From positions 1,628-65,627 of the IMG/VR virus record IMGVR_UViG_3300005466_000029: a stretch of DNA of 64,000 nucleotides, one strand, 5' to 3'. The position numbers were made by a program, and so were the translations under genes. This document shows, piece by piece, positions 1 through 9,404 of this stretch. The DNA comes from a virus. Its lineage: Duplodnaviria > Caudoviricetes. The notes beneath the pieces are model-generated. The model made no database searches, was not told the DNA's origin, and saw only the letters and a list, made by a program, of their open reading frames with translations. Each line of letters starts with the position of its first letter. Position 1 is the first letter of the stretch.

Positions 1-101
1 CCCACGCCGCGGACGACGCCCACGTCGGCATCCAGCCAGGTCGCCTCGAGCCGAGCCCGGAACGTGCCGGTGTTCGGATCGGTGTGATCGAATCTTGCCA
101 C
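1..101 (-). CDS. 5' end of a structural gene after the scaffold (capsid decoration or capsid-associated), runs off the window
   Basis: GTG at 101 with GAAGGGA upstream; reads MARFDHTDPNTGTFRARLEATW...; function inferred from position only. Confidence 0.5.
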   Translation of the reverse strand, partial: MARFDHTDPNTGTFRARLEATWLDADVGVVRGV

Positions 102-119
102 GGTGTCAGTCCCTTCCTA

Positions 120-914
120 TTACCTGAGAGCGGGGAATCGTGAGCGCAGGTCGTCGGCACTCAATACGCCGTCCTTGCGCGCCTTCCCCTTACCGTTCTT
201 GCCACTTCCGACGCCGTTGCCGCTGGGCGGACGCTTCGTCTTGGTCTCGTCCTCGTCGTCGCCCTCGTCCTTGCGCAGCAAGTGGGGCTTCGACTTCGCG
301 AGCGCCTTGACCGCCTCCCGGATCCCTTCAACCGAGCCGTCTTCGCCGACCTCGAGATCCTTCAGGGGGCCGCGACCACCGATCGCCTGCGCGTCCTCCG
401 GGTCCACCCAATTGATCTTCTCCTGCGCGCTGGCAGTGAGGAAGGCGTTGGTGAGGGCCATGGAGGTGAACCGTACCGAGAGGTTCTCCTTCTCCTCCGT
501 GAGCCGCTTCACGTCCGCCTGGGCGTTCTCGAGTTCGGTCTTGCCCTTGCGCTCGTACTCGTCGAGCTTCTTCTGGGTGTCCGAGCGGTTCTTGTCCGCT
601 GCGGCCATGCGGGCCTTCAGCTTCTCGTACTCTTCGCGAGAAACCGTTTTGACAGCTGACTTCTTGGACTTCCCCGAGTCGTCCGAGTCGTCGCCGTTGG
701 CGTCGTCGTCGGCATCACTGTCGTCCGAGTCGTCCGAGTCATCCCCGTCGTCACTGTCGTCGGCATCGTCGTTCTCGCCATCCGCGCCCAGGTGCGGCCA
801 GACGTAGCTACCGTCCGCGCGCTGGCAGACGGCACGCAACGGCTGACCACTGTGCGGGTGGGTCAGAAGCGGGTGCAACGGCATCGACATCGGGTCGACG
901 AGAATCACCTTCAC
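120..914 (-). CDS. capsid scaffolding protein
   Basis: acidic D-rich linker, coiled coil, ends ...LRSRFPALR; lies between the minor capsid gene and the expected capsid genes. Confidence 0.75.
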   Translation of the reverse strand: MKVILVDPMSMPLHPLLTHPHSGQPLRAVCQRADGSYVWPHLGADGENDDADDSDDGDDSDDSDDSDADDDANGDDSDDSGKSKKSAVKTVSREEYEKLKARMAAADKNRSDTQKKLDEYERKGKTELENAQADVKRLTEEKENLSVRFTSMALTNAFLTASAQEKINWVDPEDAQAIGGRGPLKDLEVGEDGSVEGIREAVKALAKSKPHLLRKDEGDDEDETKTKRPPSGNGVGSGKNGKGKARKDGVLSADDLRSRFPALR

Positions 915-993
915 AATTCCTCCTGGATTTCGGTGACGCTGGCACCGTGGATGCGCGCCACTGGCGCGCGTATGCGCTCACTGTAGCTTGTAG

Positions 994-1149
994 TCACTTA
1001 CCCGGGAAAGAACGGGGTCTCCCCTGGTCTCGAGGAGCTTCTGGCTCCTTGGTGATCTTCCAACCACCCCGCACCTCATCCGTTGCCCAGCGGTCCCTAA
1101 CGGGCAGCGGCTTACCTGCGGTCCCAGGGGTTCGTGCCGTTTTGGCCAT
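994..1149 (-). CDS. 51-aa ORF below the track threshold, possible partner or immunity protein of the MuF-ART toxin
   Basis: ATG at 1149 with GAGG upstream; MAKTARTPGTAGKPLPVRDRWATDEVRGGWKITKEPEAPRDQGRPRSFPGK*; overlaps the 3' end of the toxin gene. Confidence 0.5.
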   Translation of the reverse strand: MAKTARTPGTAGKPLPVRDRWATDEVRGGWKITKEPEAPRDQGRPRSFPGK

Positions 1150-2713
1150 GGTCGATCACCTCTATTTCCACAACACGCTTTCCCGAATCATCCACGTAGT
1201 CCTTGGTGGCGCGCATCTTCCAGCCACGGCCGCCTAGCAGCTCTGCTTCGAACCTGCCGCCCTGGCCTGGCTTCTGGTCCCCCGTGGCCATCTCGCTCAG
1301 CTTGACCATCGGAGCGCCCTTGCGCACCGTGATGTTCATGATAATGCCGTCCTTGGAGAACTCCTTCCCTTCCGCCACGCGCCTGTCCGCCGAGGTAGAA
1401 AGCGGCGCCTCCTCGATCCACTCCATGCCAGTGAGATCACCATCGATGCGATCACCCAGCAGGGCCCTGGGGTTCTTGATGCCGCGCCACACCTGCACAT
1501 CACTGCGCAGGCGCGACTGATTCATGGCCTTGTCCAGGTTCTCCACAGTCTCCCGCAAGAAGCCGCCACTACCGAACCGCAGGTAGTTGTTCGTGTTGCT
1601 GTACCCCACGCCCTTGTACAGTCGGAGCTCTGTGCGCAGCTCCTCGCCCAGCGAGTCATCGGTGATGCTGCGTGGCGCAGCCTTGAGCGCAGCAGCGCCC
1701 GTCTTCGGCTTGGGTGCTGGCTTGGCCTTCGGCGTAGGCGGGGCTGCGGGAGGACGCGGTCGGAGGGGCACCACATTGCCTCCCGCGGCTTGGCGCTGGG
1801 CTTCCGGTGCGCGGTATTCCTTCTCCAGGTCGTCGAGGAAGGAATCCTCCTCCAGGACCATGCTCAGGAACTCCTCCTCATCCACCATCTCGTTGGTGGT
1901 GAAGCACAGGCACTGCGGGTGCGGCTTGCGCGGCAGTTCACTTGGAACGTACAGTCCAGACCCCAGGTCCTTGCTGTGTTCGCGGGCCAGCTCATCGCAG
2001 CGGTCCAGGTGCCGGTGACTGCCGCTCAGGTTCCAGCGCAGCGCGTGCACGAACGGGTTGATCTCCGCGCTGGCTTGCTGGGTGGTGTGGAAGGCGTTGT
2101 TGAGCTCCGTGCGCCCCAGGCGCTTGGCCGCATAGCTGACTCCGCCCGGGGTGTCCGGGTTGATCATCGGAGTTACAGCCTTTGCCACCTCCTGCCAGCT
2201 TCCACCCTGAAGGATAACCCGATTGACAGCTCGATCCACGTATCCAGCCGCAAGCTGCTTCGTGCGATAAACACGCTCCGAAAGGCCGATGCCGTTCTCT
2301 CCACGCGCAAGGAAAGTTGCAACTGTCCTACGGGCGTAAGCCTTCTGGCTCGCCACGAGACCTTCCGGCTCTCGGACTCCGCTGGCCTGGAACAAGAGCG
2401 CTTGAAGTACGTGCTCAGCTTCAGCCGCAGCGTCACCGACAGCGGGAGCCGCAGCGCGAACGCTCTTGCCCACCTCCTTCCAGATGTCATTCTGCACCGC
2501 CCGTAGTTCTCGCCGAATCAGAGCCAATTGAGCCCTGCGTACGATGGAGCCGATGCCTGCTTTCGTTTCGAGTTTGTTGATGCGCCGCTGCGCGTCCGCT
2601 GCGGCATCCCGCAGGGCGTCTACGATGCCCACTTCCGCGATGCGCTCGCCCCGGAGGTACAACCGCAGTGGGTTGGCTCCGGGGCCGAGGAAGGGGCGCA
2701 GGACCCTGGTCAT
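1112..2713 (-). CDS. MuF-like minor capsid protein fused to a C-terminal VIP2/C3-type ADP-ribosyltransferase
   Basis: N-terminal RLGRTE...C..L...HPQCLC MuF motifs; Pro/Lys linker; C-terminal YSNTNNYLR, VWRG, STS, EAE (R-S-E ART signature); start 2713 overlaps the upstream stop (ATGA). Confidence 0.85.
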   Translation of the reverse strand: MTRVLRPFLGPGANPLRLYLRGERIAEVGIVDALRDAAADAQRRINKLETKAGIGSIVRRAQLALIRRELRAVQNDIWKEVGKSVRAAAPAVGDAAAEAEHVLQALLFQASGVREPEGLVASQKAYARRTVATFLARGENGIGLSERVYRTKQLAAGYVDRAVNRVILQGGSWQEVAKAVTPMINPDTPGGVSYAAKRLGRTELNNAFHTTQQASAEINPFVHALRWNLSGSHRHLDRCDELAREHSKDLGSGLYVPSELPRKPHPQCLCFTTNEMVDEEEFLSMVLEEDSFLDDLEKEYRAPEAQRQAAGGNVVPLRPRPPAAPPTPKAKPAPKPKTGAAALKAAPRSITDDSLGEELRTELRLYKGVGYSNTNNYLRFGSGGFLRETVENLDKAMNQSRLRSDVQVWRGIKNPRALLGDRIDGDLTGMEWIEEAPLSTSADRRVAEGKEFSKDGIIMNITVRKGAPMVKLSEMATGDQKPGQGGRFEAELLGGRGWKMRATKDYVDDSGKRVVEIEVIDHGQNGTNPWDRR

Positions 2714-3033
2714 GCCTTTTCCACACCGTCGCTGTTCGTGATCAGCTGCCAGGCGGCCATCAGACCGAGCTGGTTCACCCAGTCGCACCCGTCTGTGTAG
2801 CTGGCGCTGACGACAGTGCCTTCCGGCCCGGACTGCTCGAAGTCAACGATCTTGGCGATGAGGATGGCTTCGGTGACCTGCTGGCTGTCCTTAGCCTCCA
2901 GTGCGTCCCAGAGCTCGGCCGCCTCCTTGTACTTCGACTGCCACGCCTTGAGCTCCGCCACTTCCTGCGCCAGCTCGTTGGCGCGCGTCAGCAGCTCCTG
3001 CACGCCCTGGTTCATGTCTTCCCCGCCGCTCAT
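2710..3033 (-). CDS. hypothetical protein
   Basis: 107-aa ORF overlapping both neighbours by ATGA. Confidence 0.7.
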   Translation of the reverse strand: MSGGEDMNQGVQELLTRANELAQEVAELKAWQSKYKEAAELWDALEAKDSQQVTEAILIAKIVDFEQSGPEGTVVSASYTDGCDWVNQLGLMAAWQLITNSDGVEKA

Positions 3034-4604
3034 GCGTCGGCCCCCTCGTCAGCTGGCTCTTCCTGGTCCGCCTGGTCCCCGCCCTCCGCGTTGCGCCGGG
3101 CCTCCTCCTCCGCGTCGTCCTTCGCATTGACCGCAGCCATCATCGCCGCCTCCTCCTGCTGGATGAGGTCCATCTCGTTCGGGGCGATGGGCACCCCCGC
3201 TTCCCGCAGCATGTTGTGAGAAGTCTCCATGCTGATCAGGACCGGCGCGGCCGTGCGCAGCGCGATCACTTCGTCGATGACCTGCTTGCGGTTCACCGGC
3301 ACCTTCGGACCGATGGTGGGCAATACCCGCACGGCTGGCTGAACCTCGCCGCCTTCGCCCGTGCTGAGCAGCGGCACCAGCTCTTCGTATACCGCGAACC
3401 AGAAGCACAGGTCCCAGAACATCTGCGAGTGCACATCGATGATGTGCCGGTCCTTCTCGGCCGTGTGTGTCAGGATGGGCTGCAACTGCAGAGCCAGCGC
3501 GATGCCGGACTCCGCGGTGTTCGCGTCGATCTTGCCCACGGCGGCATCGCTGGCGCCAACCGCCTCCCGAGCCGAGTTCCGCAGCCGCTCGAAGTGATCT
3601 CCGAAGGGCGTGACACTGCCTGCTCCGTCGATGCGCCGCATGCCGCCCGCGTGGATGAGTACCCGTCCCGGCCCGAAGATCCAGTCGACCTGATTGCCGT
3701 TCTGGTCAACCGGCGCGCCGTTGTCCGTGGCGTACACGCCGATGCCGTCCAGAGCCAGCGTGGCGTCCTCATCGCTGATGGTCTGGTTGATGCCCAGCAG
3801 CACGGACTCGAGGCCGCGAAGCTCACTGCTGCCGAAGGGGTCGGTGGGGTCGGTGTTCTTAAGGTGGTACACCGGGATGGCCGGGATCTCCGGCGGCAGT
3901 GGCTCCGGGCTCAACACCGTGGCGACTGGGCTCGCGCTGGTACCGGCCCACTCGTCCGGCTTGAACACCGCGTGGGAGCGGATGATCTCCGTCTGGTTGC
4001 CCAGATCGTCGAAGACGCGCTCGTACGTCATGCGGCTGACGTACTCCTGGTTGTTCATTGTGACCGTTTCGGCCAGGTGAACCTTGACGAGCTTGTCCGG
4101 GTCGCCGCCCTCCACGATGTCGCTTTCGTAGACGGGGAAGTAGGCCGCGGGATCCACCTGCATGATCTTCAGGCGCCGCCCCAGCGGCTTGTTCGGGTTG
4201 GCCGTGATGTGCCACAGCCAGTCACCGCGGATGAGCCCCTTCAGCTTGTTGCTGGCGAACTTGCTGTAGAACTGCTCTCGAGTGAACAGTGCCTCGAAGG
4301 CCAGGCGGGCGATCTCCACCACGTCCGGGCTGGTGCCCTCCGGCGCCTCCACGCTCACGCCGAAGTCCGGCGCCGTGTAGCGCGCCACGGTGTTGATGAG
4401 CGTGCGCGCAGTGGGCATGAAGATGGGGTTCTCGTTGTCCCCGCGCATCACCTCGATGAAGCCCTCTTCACCGCCCCAGTAGATCTCCTCGTACTTCTGG
4501 TACGCCATGATGCGTTGCTGGTCCACGGCCGGGATCCAGCCGGGCGCCGTGCCCAACCAGGGCGCAATGGTCGAGTACTGAGTGAACATACCGGGAGCGC
4601 TCAC
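3030..4604 (-). CDS. portal protein
   Basis: 524 aa following terminase; FGSSELRGL and SGIAL segments typical of SPP1 gp6-like portals. Confidence 0.85.
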   Translation of the reverse strand: MSAPGMFTQYSTIAPWLGTAPGWIPAVDQQRIMAYQKYEEIYWGGEEGFIEVMRGDNENPIFMPTARTLINTVARYTAPDFGVSVEAPEGTSPDVVEIARLAFEALFTREQFYSKFASNKLKGLIRGDWLWHITANPNKPLGRRLKIMQVDPAAYFPVYESDIVEGGDPDKLVKVHLAETVTMNNQEYVSRMTYERVFDDLGNQTEIIRSHAVFKPDEWAGTSASPVATVLSPEPLPPEIPAIPVYHLKNTDPTDPFGSSELRGLESVLLGINQTISDEDATLALDGIGVYATDNGAPVDQNGNQVDWIFGPGRVLIHAGGMRRIDGAGSVTPFGDHFERLRNSAREAVGASDAAVGKIDANTAESGIALALQLQPILTHTAEKDRHIIDVHSQMFWDLCFWFAVYEELVPLLSTGEGGEVQPAVRVLPTIGPKVPVNRKQVIDEVIALRTAAPVLISMETSHNMLREAGVPIAPNEMDLIQQEEAAMMAAVNAKDDAEEEARRNAEGGDQADQEEPADEGADA

Positions 4605-4984
4605 GACCCCTCCTTCAACTGGAACTCGGTAACAACGCCTGGTGTGACGATGAAGTAGCGGAGGTCATCCGGCGGGGCGAACTTGAGGTCCGTCTTACTG
4701 GGCTGCGGCGGGCCGTTGGGGTGGCTGTGGTACAGACCCACTACGCGCCAGTCCGCCTCGGCGTACACCAGCTTGAGATCGTGCGGGTGCACCTCGTAGT
4801 TGTGCGTCGGGTCTTTGGCCACGTTGCGGCACTGCACCGCAGCCATATGGCCGCCCACATCCGGTGCGAACTCCACGATGAAACCGCATGCCTCGTTGGG
4901 ACGGTCGCGGTCCGTGTGCGCCTTCATCTGCCCCTGCACGTCCCCCGGCAGGTCCGTCACGGGTACCTGCAAAAAGATTGTCAT
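4601..4984 (-). CDS. JAB/MPN+ (Mov34, M67) metalloprotease
   Basis: EACG...YHSHPNGPPQPSKTD matches the JAMM motif E...HxH-x7-S-x2-D. Confidence 0.9.
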   Translation of the reverse strand: MTIFLQVPVTDLPGDVQGQMKAHTDRDRPNEACGFIVEFAPDVGGHMAAVQCRNVAKDPTHNYEVHPHDLKLVYAEADWRVVGLYHSHPNGPPQPSKTDLKFAPPDDLRYFIVTPGVVTEFQLKEGS

Positions 4985-6435
4985 TTCCTAACCCTCCTGC
5001 GCCTGCTGACAGTGCGCGGACCTCGACTAGTCTTCATCTGGCGCACCACCGGATCCGCCTGCACCGCACGCAACCCGAAGTGCCCGCGGAAGAAGCGCCC
5101 CAGTGCCTCGGGAGCGTGGTCGTCCTTCTTCATGGGGTTCTCGGGTTCGTTGATGGCGTTCTGCTCGTCCTTGGTTTTCGGATACCGATAGGCGTCCATT
5201 TCGTGAATCAACATCTTGCATTTCGGATTGACCAGCAACCGCGGGCGTCGCCCCGAGTAGTCATTCATATCCGCGGGGAAGGGCAGGTGATCGTTCTCAT
5301 CCTTCAGCCACTTGCGGATGATCTCCAGGCGCTCCTTGATCTCGCCACCCGTACCGGACTGGACTTGCAGGCGCAGGCGCTCCGACAGGGTGTGGCTGGC
5401 TGCGGGGTCGGCCGGGTCGGGGAATAGCTTCGTCGCCTTGCGGCACAACGCTGGATGGTCCGCGCTGTAGTAGCCCTCTTCTAGGTCGTTGGCCAGCTCC
5501 TCAGCGCTGCGGTGGTTCTGGTAGTACTCATCGATGACGTACACCCGGTCCCAGGGGTCCACCTGAATGAACAGCACCACGTTCGGGTTGGTCCAGCCGT
5601 AGTCGGTGGCTAGGTACAGCGGCCATTCCGGGTTGTACTGAACCTTGCTGCTGACGTGCCATTCTTCATCCCACGCCTTGAAGACCTGGCCTACGTACTT
5701 GCTGAACTTGGCCTCAATTTCCTGCGCAGCCATTTCATCGGACATCCCTCGAGCCATCGAGAGTACCTCAGGGTCATCAGCGCCCAGAGGAAATATTTTC
5801 TCGTTATCCCAACTCGGAAAGCGAAAGCTCTCCCATTCTGGGTCAACGCCGTTCTGAGCGTCCCGCCACTTCTCATAGAACCAGTTCCGCCCTTCGGGAG
5901 TGGAGTTGAACTTGCCCCAGCCTCGGAAGTCCGCCAGCGTCGGGCGAATGTACTGATCCCAGATACGTAGCTTCATCTTGGCGGCCTCAGCCATGATCAC
6001 GCCGTTGAGACCCTCACCCACCAGGTTCTCCGGGTACTTGGCGCTTTGGCCCTGCAGAAGGAACTTACCGCCCCACAGGCTCACCTGAAGGTTGCCGCTC
6101 CGGCTGTCGTAGTAGGTGCCTGGCTTGTCGAACGGCATCTTGAGACGCTTGCACGCATTGTAGAAGGCACGGAACTCCTTCTCCGCGTCTGTGTACTGTG
6201 GTCCTACGATCCAGTACTCGTGGCGGATGCCCAGCTCTTCGAGCCTGTCCTTCTGCATGTAGGCTCGATAGACCTCGGGCAGGAGCTCCATGCCCCCTGC
6301 GGTGGACTTACCTGTACGACGCCCCGCTGCGACAACCTGGAATCGCGCGGTGCTGGCGTGAATCCTGCGCTGTGCCTTGTTCGGGGAGTAGCCAATACGC
6401 GGCCACAGCCGGTTCTTCACAATCGCCAGTGCCAC
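4981..6435 (-). CDS. terminase large subunit
   Basis: AGRRTGKS Walker A, STPEG motif, ATDYG nuclease Asp, C-terminal DDHAPEALGR; GTG at 6435 after AGGAGA. Confidence 0.92.
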   Translation of the reverse strand: MALAIVKNRLWPRIGYSPNKAQRRIHASTARFQVVAAGRRTGKSTAGGMELLPEVYRAYMQKDRLEELGIRHEYWIVGPQYTDAEKEFRAFYNACKRLKMPFDKPGTYYDSRSGNLQVSLWGGKFLLQGQSAKYPENLVGEGLNGVIMAEAAKMKLRIWDQYIRPTLADFRGWGKFNSTPEGRNWFYEKWRDAQNGVDPEWESFRFPSWDNEKIFPLGADDPEVLSMARGMSDEMAAQEIEAKFSKYVGQVFKAWDEEWHVSSKVQYNPEWPLYLATDYGWTNPNVVLFIQVDPWDRVYVIDEYYQNHRSAEELANDLEEGYYSADHPALCRKATKLFPDPADPAASHTLSERLRLQVQSGTGGEIKERLEIIRKWLKDENDHLPFPADMNDYSGRRPRLLVNPKCKMLIHEMDAYRYPKTKDEQNAINEPENPMKKDDHAPEALGRFFRGHFGLRAVQADPVVRQMKTSRGPRTVSRRRRVRK

Positions 6436-6445
6436 CGGTCTTCTC

Positions 6446-6607
6446 CTAGTCGTCCAGGTCGTACCGCGGGATGTACCCACGGTCGGCCGAGCTGCGCGCA
6501 GCCGACTTGAACAGCGGCAGCTTCTGTCCCCGCGCGGGGTTCTGGACCAGAGGCTTGATGCCGCGCTCCGGGCGCCACCTCACCGGTAGTCCGGGGGAAG
6601 AGGCCAT
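6446..6607 (-). CDS. hypothetical small protein
   Basis: MASSPGLPVRW..., AAGGAG RBS, TGATG coupling. Confidence 0.55.
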   Translation of the reverse strand: MASSPGLPVRWRPERGIKPLVQNPARGQKLPLFKSAARSSADRGYIPRYDLDD

Positions 6608-6879
6608 CAGATCTCCTTCTTGAGCTCCTCGCGGAGCTCGGTTGCTGCTTCGATGAGCTGGTCCAGGGCAGGCAGGTCCAGGCTGAACCGCCACCCCGTG
6701 AACTGGACCGTGCCGTCGCCGTCGTCCGCGGCGATGCGCAGCTCACTGTTGGTGTTCACAGTGGCCACCTGCACGCATCCCCACCGATCGCCCTTCGTGA
6801 GCTCGACGACGAACCCCTTGGCGTTGATGTCGGGCGCGGTGATCTCCTTGCGGATGAACGGCTTCTCGGTCGTGGTCAC
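6607..6879 (-). CDS. hypothetical protein
   Basis: 90-aa ORF with AGGAGG RBS. Confidence 0.7.
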   Translation of the reverse strand: MTTTEKPFIRKEITAPDINAKGFVVELTKGDRWGCVQVATVNTNSELRIAADDGDGTVQFTGWRFSLDLPALDQLIEAATELREELKKEI

Positions 6880-6891
6880 TTCTTCCTCCTG

Positions 6892-7098
6892 TTACGTTTG
6901 AGACGCCTGTCCTTCCGCGTCCCCTTGCTGGGCTTGCCCTGTGCCACCGCTCACCTCCTCAACAGTGATCCGATACTGCCGGCCGATGTGGTCTCGGACG
7001 AACGTGTCCGGTTCACCCTTGATGTGGAACAGGTAACCCCACTCGCCGTCTTCGTCCTCGAACACAGAAGCGAGAACGGCTTCATGCTGCGTGGTCAC
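6892..7098 (-). CDS. hypothetical protein
   Basis: GTG at 7098 after AAGGAGG; MTTQHEAVLASV... Confidence 0.6.
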   Translation of the reverse strand: MTTQHEAVLASVFEDEDGEWGYLFHIKGEPDTFVRDHIGRQYRITVEEVSGGTGQAQQGDAEGQASQT

Positions 7099-7153
7099 TG
7101 TGCCTCCTTGCGTGTGCGGTGTGGGAAGCGTACAGGTGCGCGCCTGCGCCCAG

Positions 7154-7342
7154 CTAGCGACTCCGCTTACGGCGGTTACGCGCACCCTTGCGCGCCATGA
7201 CCTTCCGGCCCGCCGCGGTGCGGCCCGCATTGGCGATCATCGCCGCTATCTTCTTCGACTTGCCCTTGCGTCGCAGAGCTCGGTACACGTCCTGCCTACT
7301 GCGCACCACGTAACCGAACCTGCCACCTCGAGCACTGACCAT
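7154..7342 (-). CDS. small, very basic protein
   Basis: 62 aa, Arg/Lys-rich, GGAGG RBS. Confidence 0.65.
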   Translation of the reverse strand: MVSARGGRFGYVVRSRQDVYRALRRKGKSKKIAAMIANAGRTAAGRKVMARKGARNRRKRSR

Positions 7343-7349
7343 TGTGAAC

Positions 7350-7472
7350 TCACCTCCCGTAGGCGAAGATCACAATATACGCGCACAGCAGGAAGCTCAG
7401 GCCGAAGCACAGCAGCACCCACAGCACCAGCTCCACGGCCTTCACGTTGCGGCGCAGGAACCTCTCGATCAT
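7350..7472 (-). CDS. small membrane protein
   Basis: MIERFLRR... with one hydrophobic helix. Confidence 0.5.
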   Translation of the reverse strand: MIERFLRRNVKAVELVLWVLLCFGLSFLLCAYIVIFAYGR

Positions 7473-7726
7473 GGTTGCTTTCCTATCATCCGATTGATGT
7501 AGTCCGCGGCTTCCCCCGTGGGCACCCAGTCGTCCGGCATGACGGAGTGGATGACCACGAAGAAGCGGTGCAGCGCAACCTTCATGGCCTCCTTGTCCTT
7601 CAGATCCGTGGTGTGGATCTCCTCGATGCGGTCCGGCATGAGCTCCTTCAACCGCTGGCGCTGCTCGGGCGTGGCGTCCCGCATGGCCGCGCCGAAGTAC
7701 AACACCATGGCCACCCAGCCGCCCAT
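7469..7726 (-). CDS. hypothetical protein
   Basis: 3' part of track ORF 7469..7924; start uncertain. Confidence 0.5.
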   Translation of the reverse strand: MGGWVAMVLYFGAAMRDATPEQRQRLKELMPDRIEEIHTTDLKDKEAMKVALHRFFVVIHSVMPDDWVPTGEAADYINRMIGKQP

Positions 7727-7728
7727 GC

Positions 7729-7911
7729 TCAACGAGGCCACCGCAGGGCGTAGAAGGCGCGACCGATGGCCTTGCCCGTCCAGTAGCCGAAGCGGTTGAG
7801 CCCACCCCGGATAGGTCCGGTGGCGTCGATCAGACCACACAGAACGGCAAGCCAGAACACCACCCAGCCCGCCAACAACGCTGCGCTCACTTCTATCCTC
7901 TCCATCCCCAA
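7729..7911 (-). CDS. small membrane protein
   Basis: 60 aa with a hydrophobic helix. Confidence 0.45.
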   Translation of the reverse strand: MGMERIEVSAALLAGWVVFWLAVLCGLIDATGPIRGGLNRFGYWTGKAIGRAFYALRWPR

Positions 7912-7987
7912 TCGATAAGAACAATGCCCAGCATAACCACTACGCAGCCGAAGCTGATCCCGTCGAACAGGAGGAGGGCATCCAGAC

Positions 7988-8755
7988 TCACTTACGCCTC
8001 CGGCGGCTGCGGGATGGGGCCGGGTCGGGAGAAGTGTCCTGATTGTCTTCGTACAGTACCTCCGCGTCCATGATCTCCTCGGCAGCGTGCGCGGCGCCCT
8101 CCAGTGCCTTGCGCCCCCGGGCCATGGCCTCCGGCGGTACCTCGGCCACGATGCCGTCTAGAACCGTGCGCCAGCGCTCCTCTTCGGTAACCACTAGCCT
8201 CTCCGGTATCTTGCCCTCCATGCGCTCTACGACGAACTGAGCGGCTTTCAAGCGCTCGCCTGGGGTGGCGATGAGGCCCGCCGGTCCGCGACCGGCCGCG
8301 ATGTCGGTCATGGCCTCGATGGCGACGAGGTAGTTCTTCTGCCACATGTCCCGGCCACGGCGCATGAGCTCCTGCAAGCAGGCGCGGTGGAACTCGCGCG
8401 GCACCCAACTGGGGTTGGCGCCACGGAAGCCGCCGGACTTGTCTCTGAACTTGCCCTTGACTAACTCCTCCACGGAGAGCTGCGCAACGAACTCCTCCAT
8501 GGTCATGCCGGTCTCTTCCATGATCTTCTTCATCCTTACCCAGCCACGGCTCATGCGCACCTTGCCCTTCAGGACGGTGCGCTGGCGCTCGGTCAGTAGG
8601 TGGTGCGTTGCGGCAGGCACAGCGAAGCGCTGGCGCAGAAGACCCTGTCTGGGTACCTCCACGCCAGCGCCCATCTCCCCGAAGACCGTGCGGGCCTCTT
8701 CGGTGTACTCCCGCGCAGCCTTTCGCTTGCGGCTCTTAGTCTCCGGCTTGGCCAT
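7988..8755 (-). CDS. putative terminase small subunit
   Basis: helical 255-aa protein upstream of TerL; ERLKAAQFVVERMEGK resembles TerS oligomerisation helices. Confidence 0.55.
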   Translation of the reverse strand: MAKPETKSRKRKAAREYTEEARTVFGEMGAGVEVPRQGLLRQRFAVPAATHHLLTERQRTVLKGKVRMSRGWVRMKKIMEETGMTMEEFVAQLSVEELVKGKFRDKSGGFRGANPSWVPREFHRACLQELMRRGRDMWQKNYLVAIEAMTDIAAGRGPAGLIATPGERLKAAQFVVERMEGKIPERLVVTEEERWRTVLDGIVAEVPPEAMARGRKALEGAAHAAEEIMDAEVLYEDNQDTSPDPAPSRSRRRRK

Positions 8756-9404
8756 CCCGGAGCTCCTTCGCCTTGCGCAGGTACCAGTTCAGGTCTGCGT
8801 CCGCGTAGCCCTCGATGATCTCCTCGATCATCTGCACGAGCTTGCCGTTGGCTGCCTGGAGCTTGGCGTACCTGGCCTCCAGGTGCATGCCTGCCCGCAG
8901 TTCCCGAGCCACCTCGATCCAGTTGTTCCACTGCTTCAGCAGGTTGCCGTCCCCATCGTGCAGCGTGAGGATACCCTCCTCATTCTCTGCTATGGAGCCG
9001 GACGGCTCCGCACGCGGCTCTACCTTCGTCGGCAGTCCTTCCGCACGCACGAAAGGCAGGTCGTGGAGATCATCCACGTCTACGCCTTCGTATTTCTCAC
9101 GCGCTGCTTCGCCGGCCCTGTCAGTGGCGAAAGCCGTCTTGCGGGCGATGGCTGCCTCAAGTTCTTCACGCGTGAAGGACCTCTCGAAGGAAAGCCCCAG
9201 CTCGCCCAGGGTCCATCGGGTGGGGCGCAGCGGGTCGTTCGCCACGTCCTCGCTCACGACGAAGGCGCTCTCCGGAACCCCTACCTCGCGAAGCTCCGCC
9301 GCCTCACTGGGATTGACGATCAGTCTCATTAGTCCCTCACTAACCCTTCTGAACAGTTCACTGTGTACGTACGGATCCTCATCTGCCCGGACGTTGACCG
9401 GCAT
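8736..9404 (-). CDS. hypothetical protein
   Basis: 222-aa ORF tiling the operon. Confidence 0.65.
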   Translation of the reverse strand: MPVNVRADEDPYVHSELFRRVSEGLMRLIVNPSEAAELREVGVPESAFVVSEDVANDPLRPTRWTLGELGLSFERSFTREELEAAIARKTAFATDRAGEAAREKYEGVDVDDLHDLPFVRAEGLPTKVEPRAEPSGSIAENEEGILTLHDGDGNLLKQWNNWIEVARELRAGMHLEARYAKLQAANGKLVQMIEEIIEGYADADLNWYLRKAKELRDGQAGD

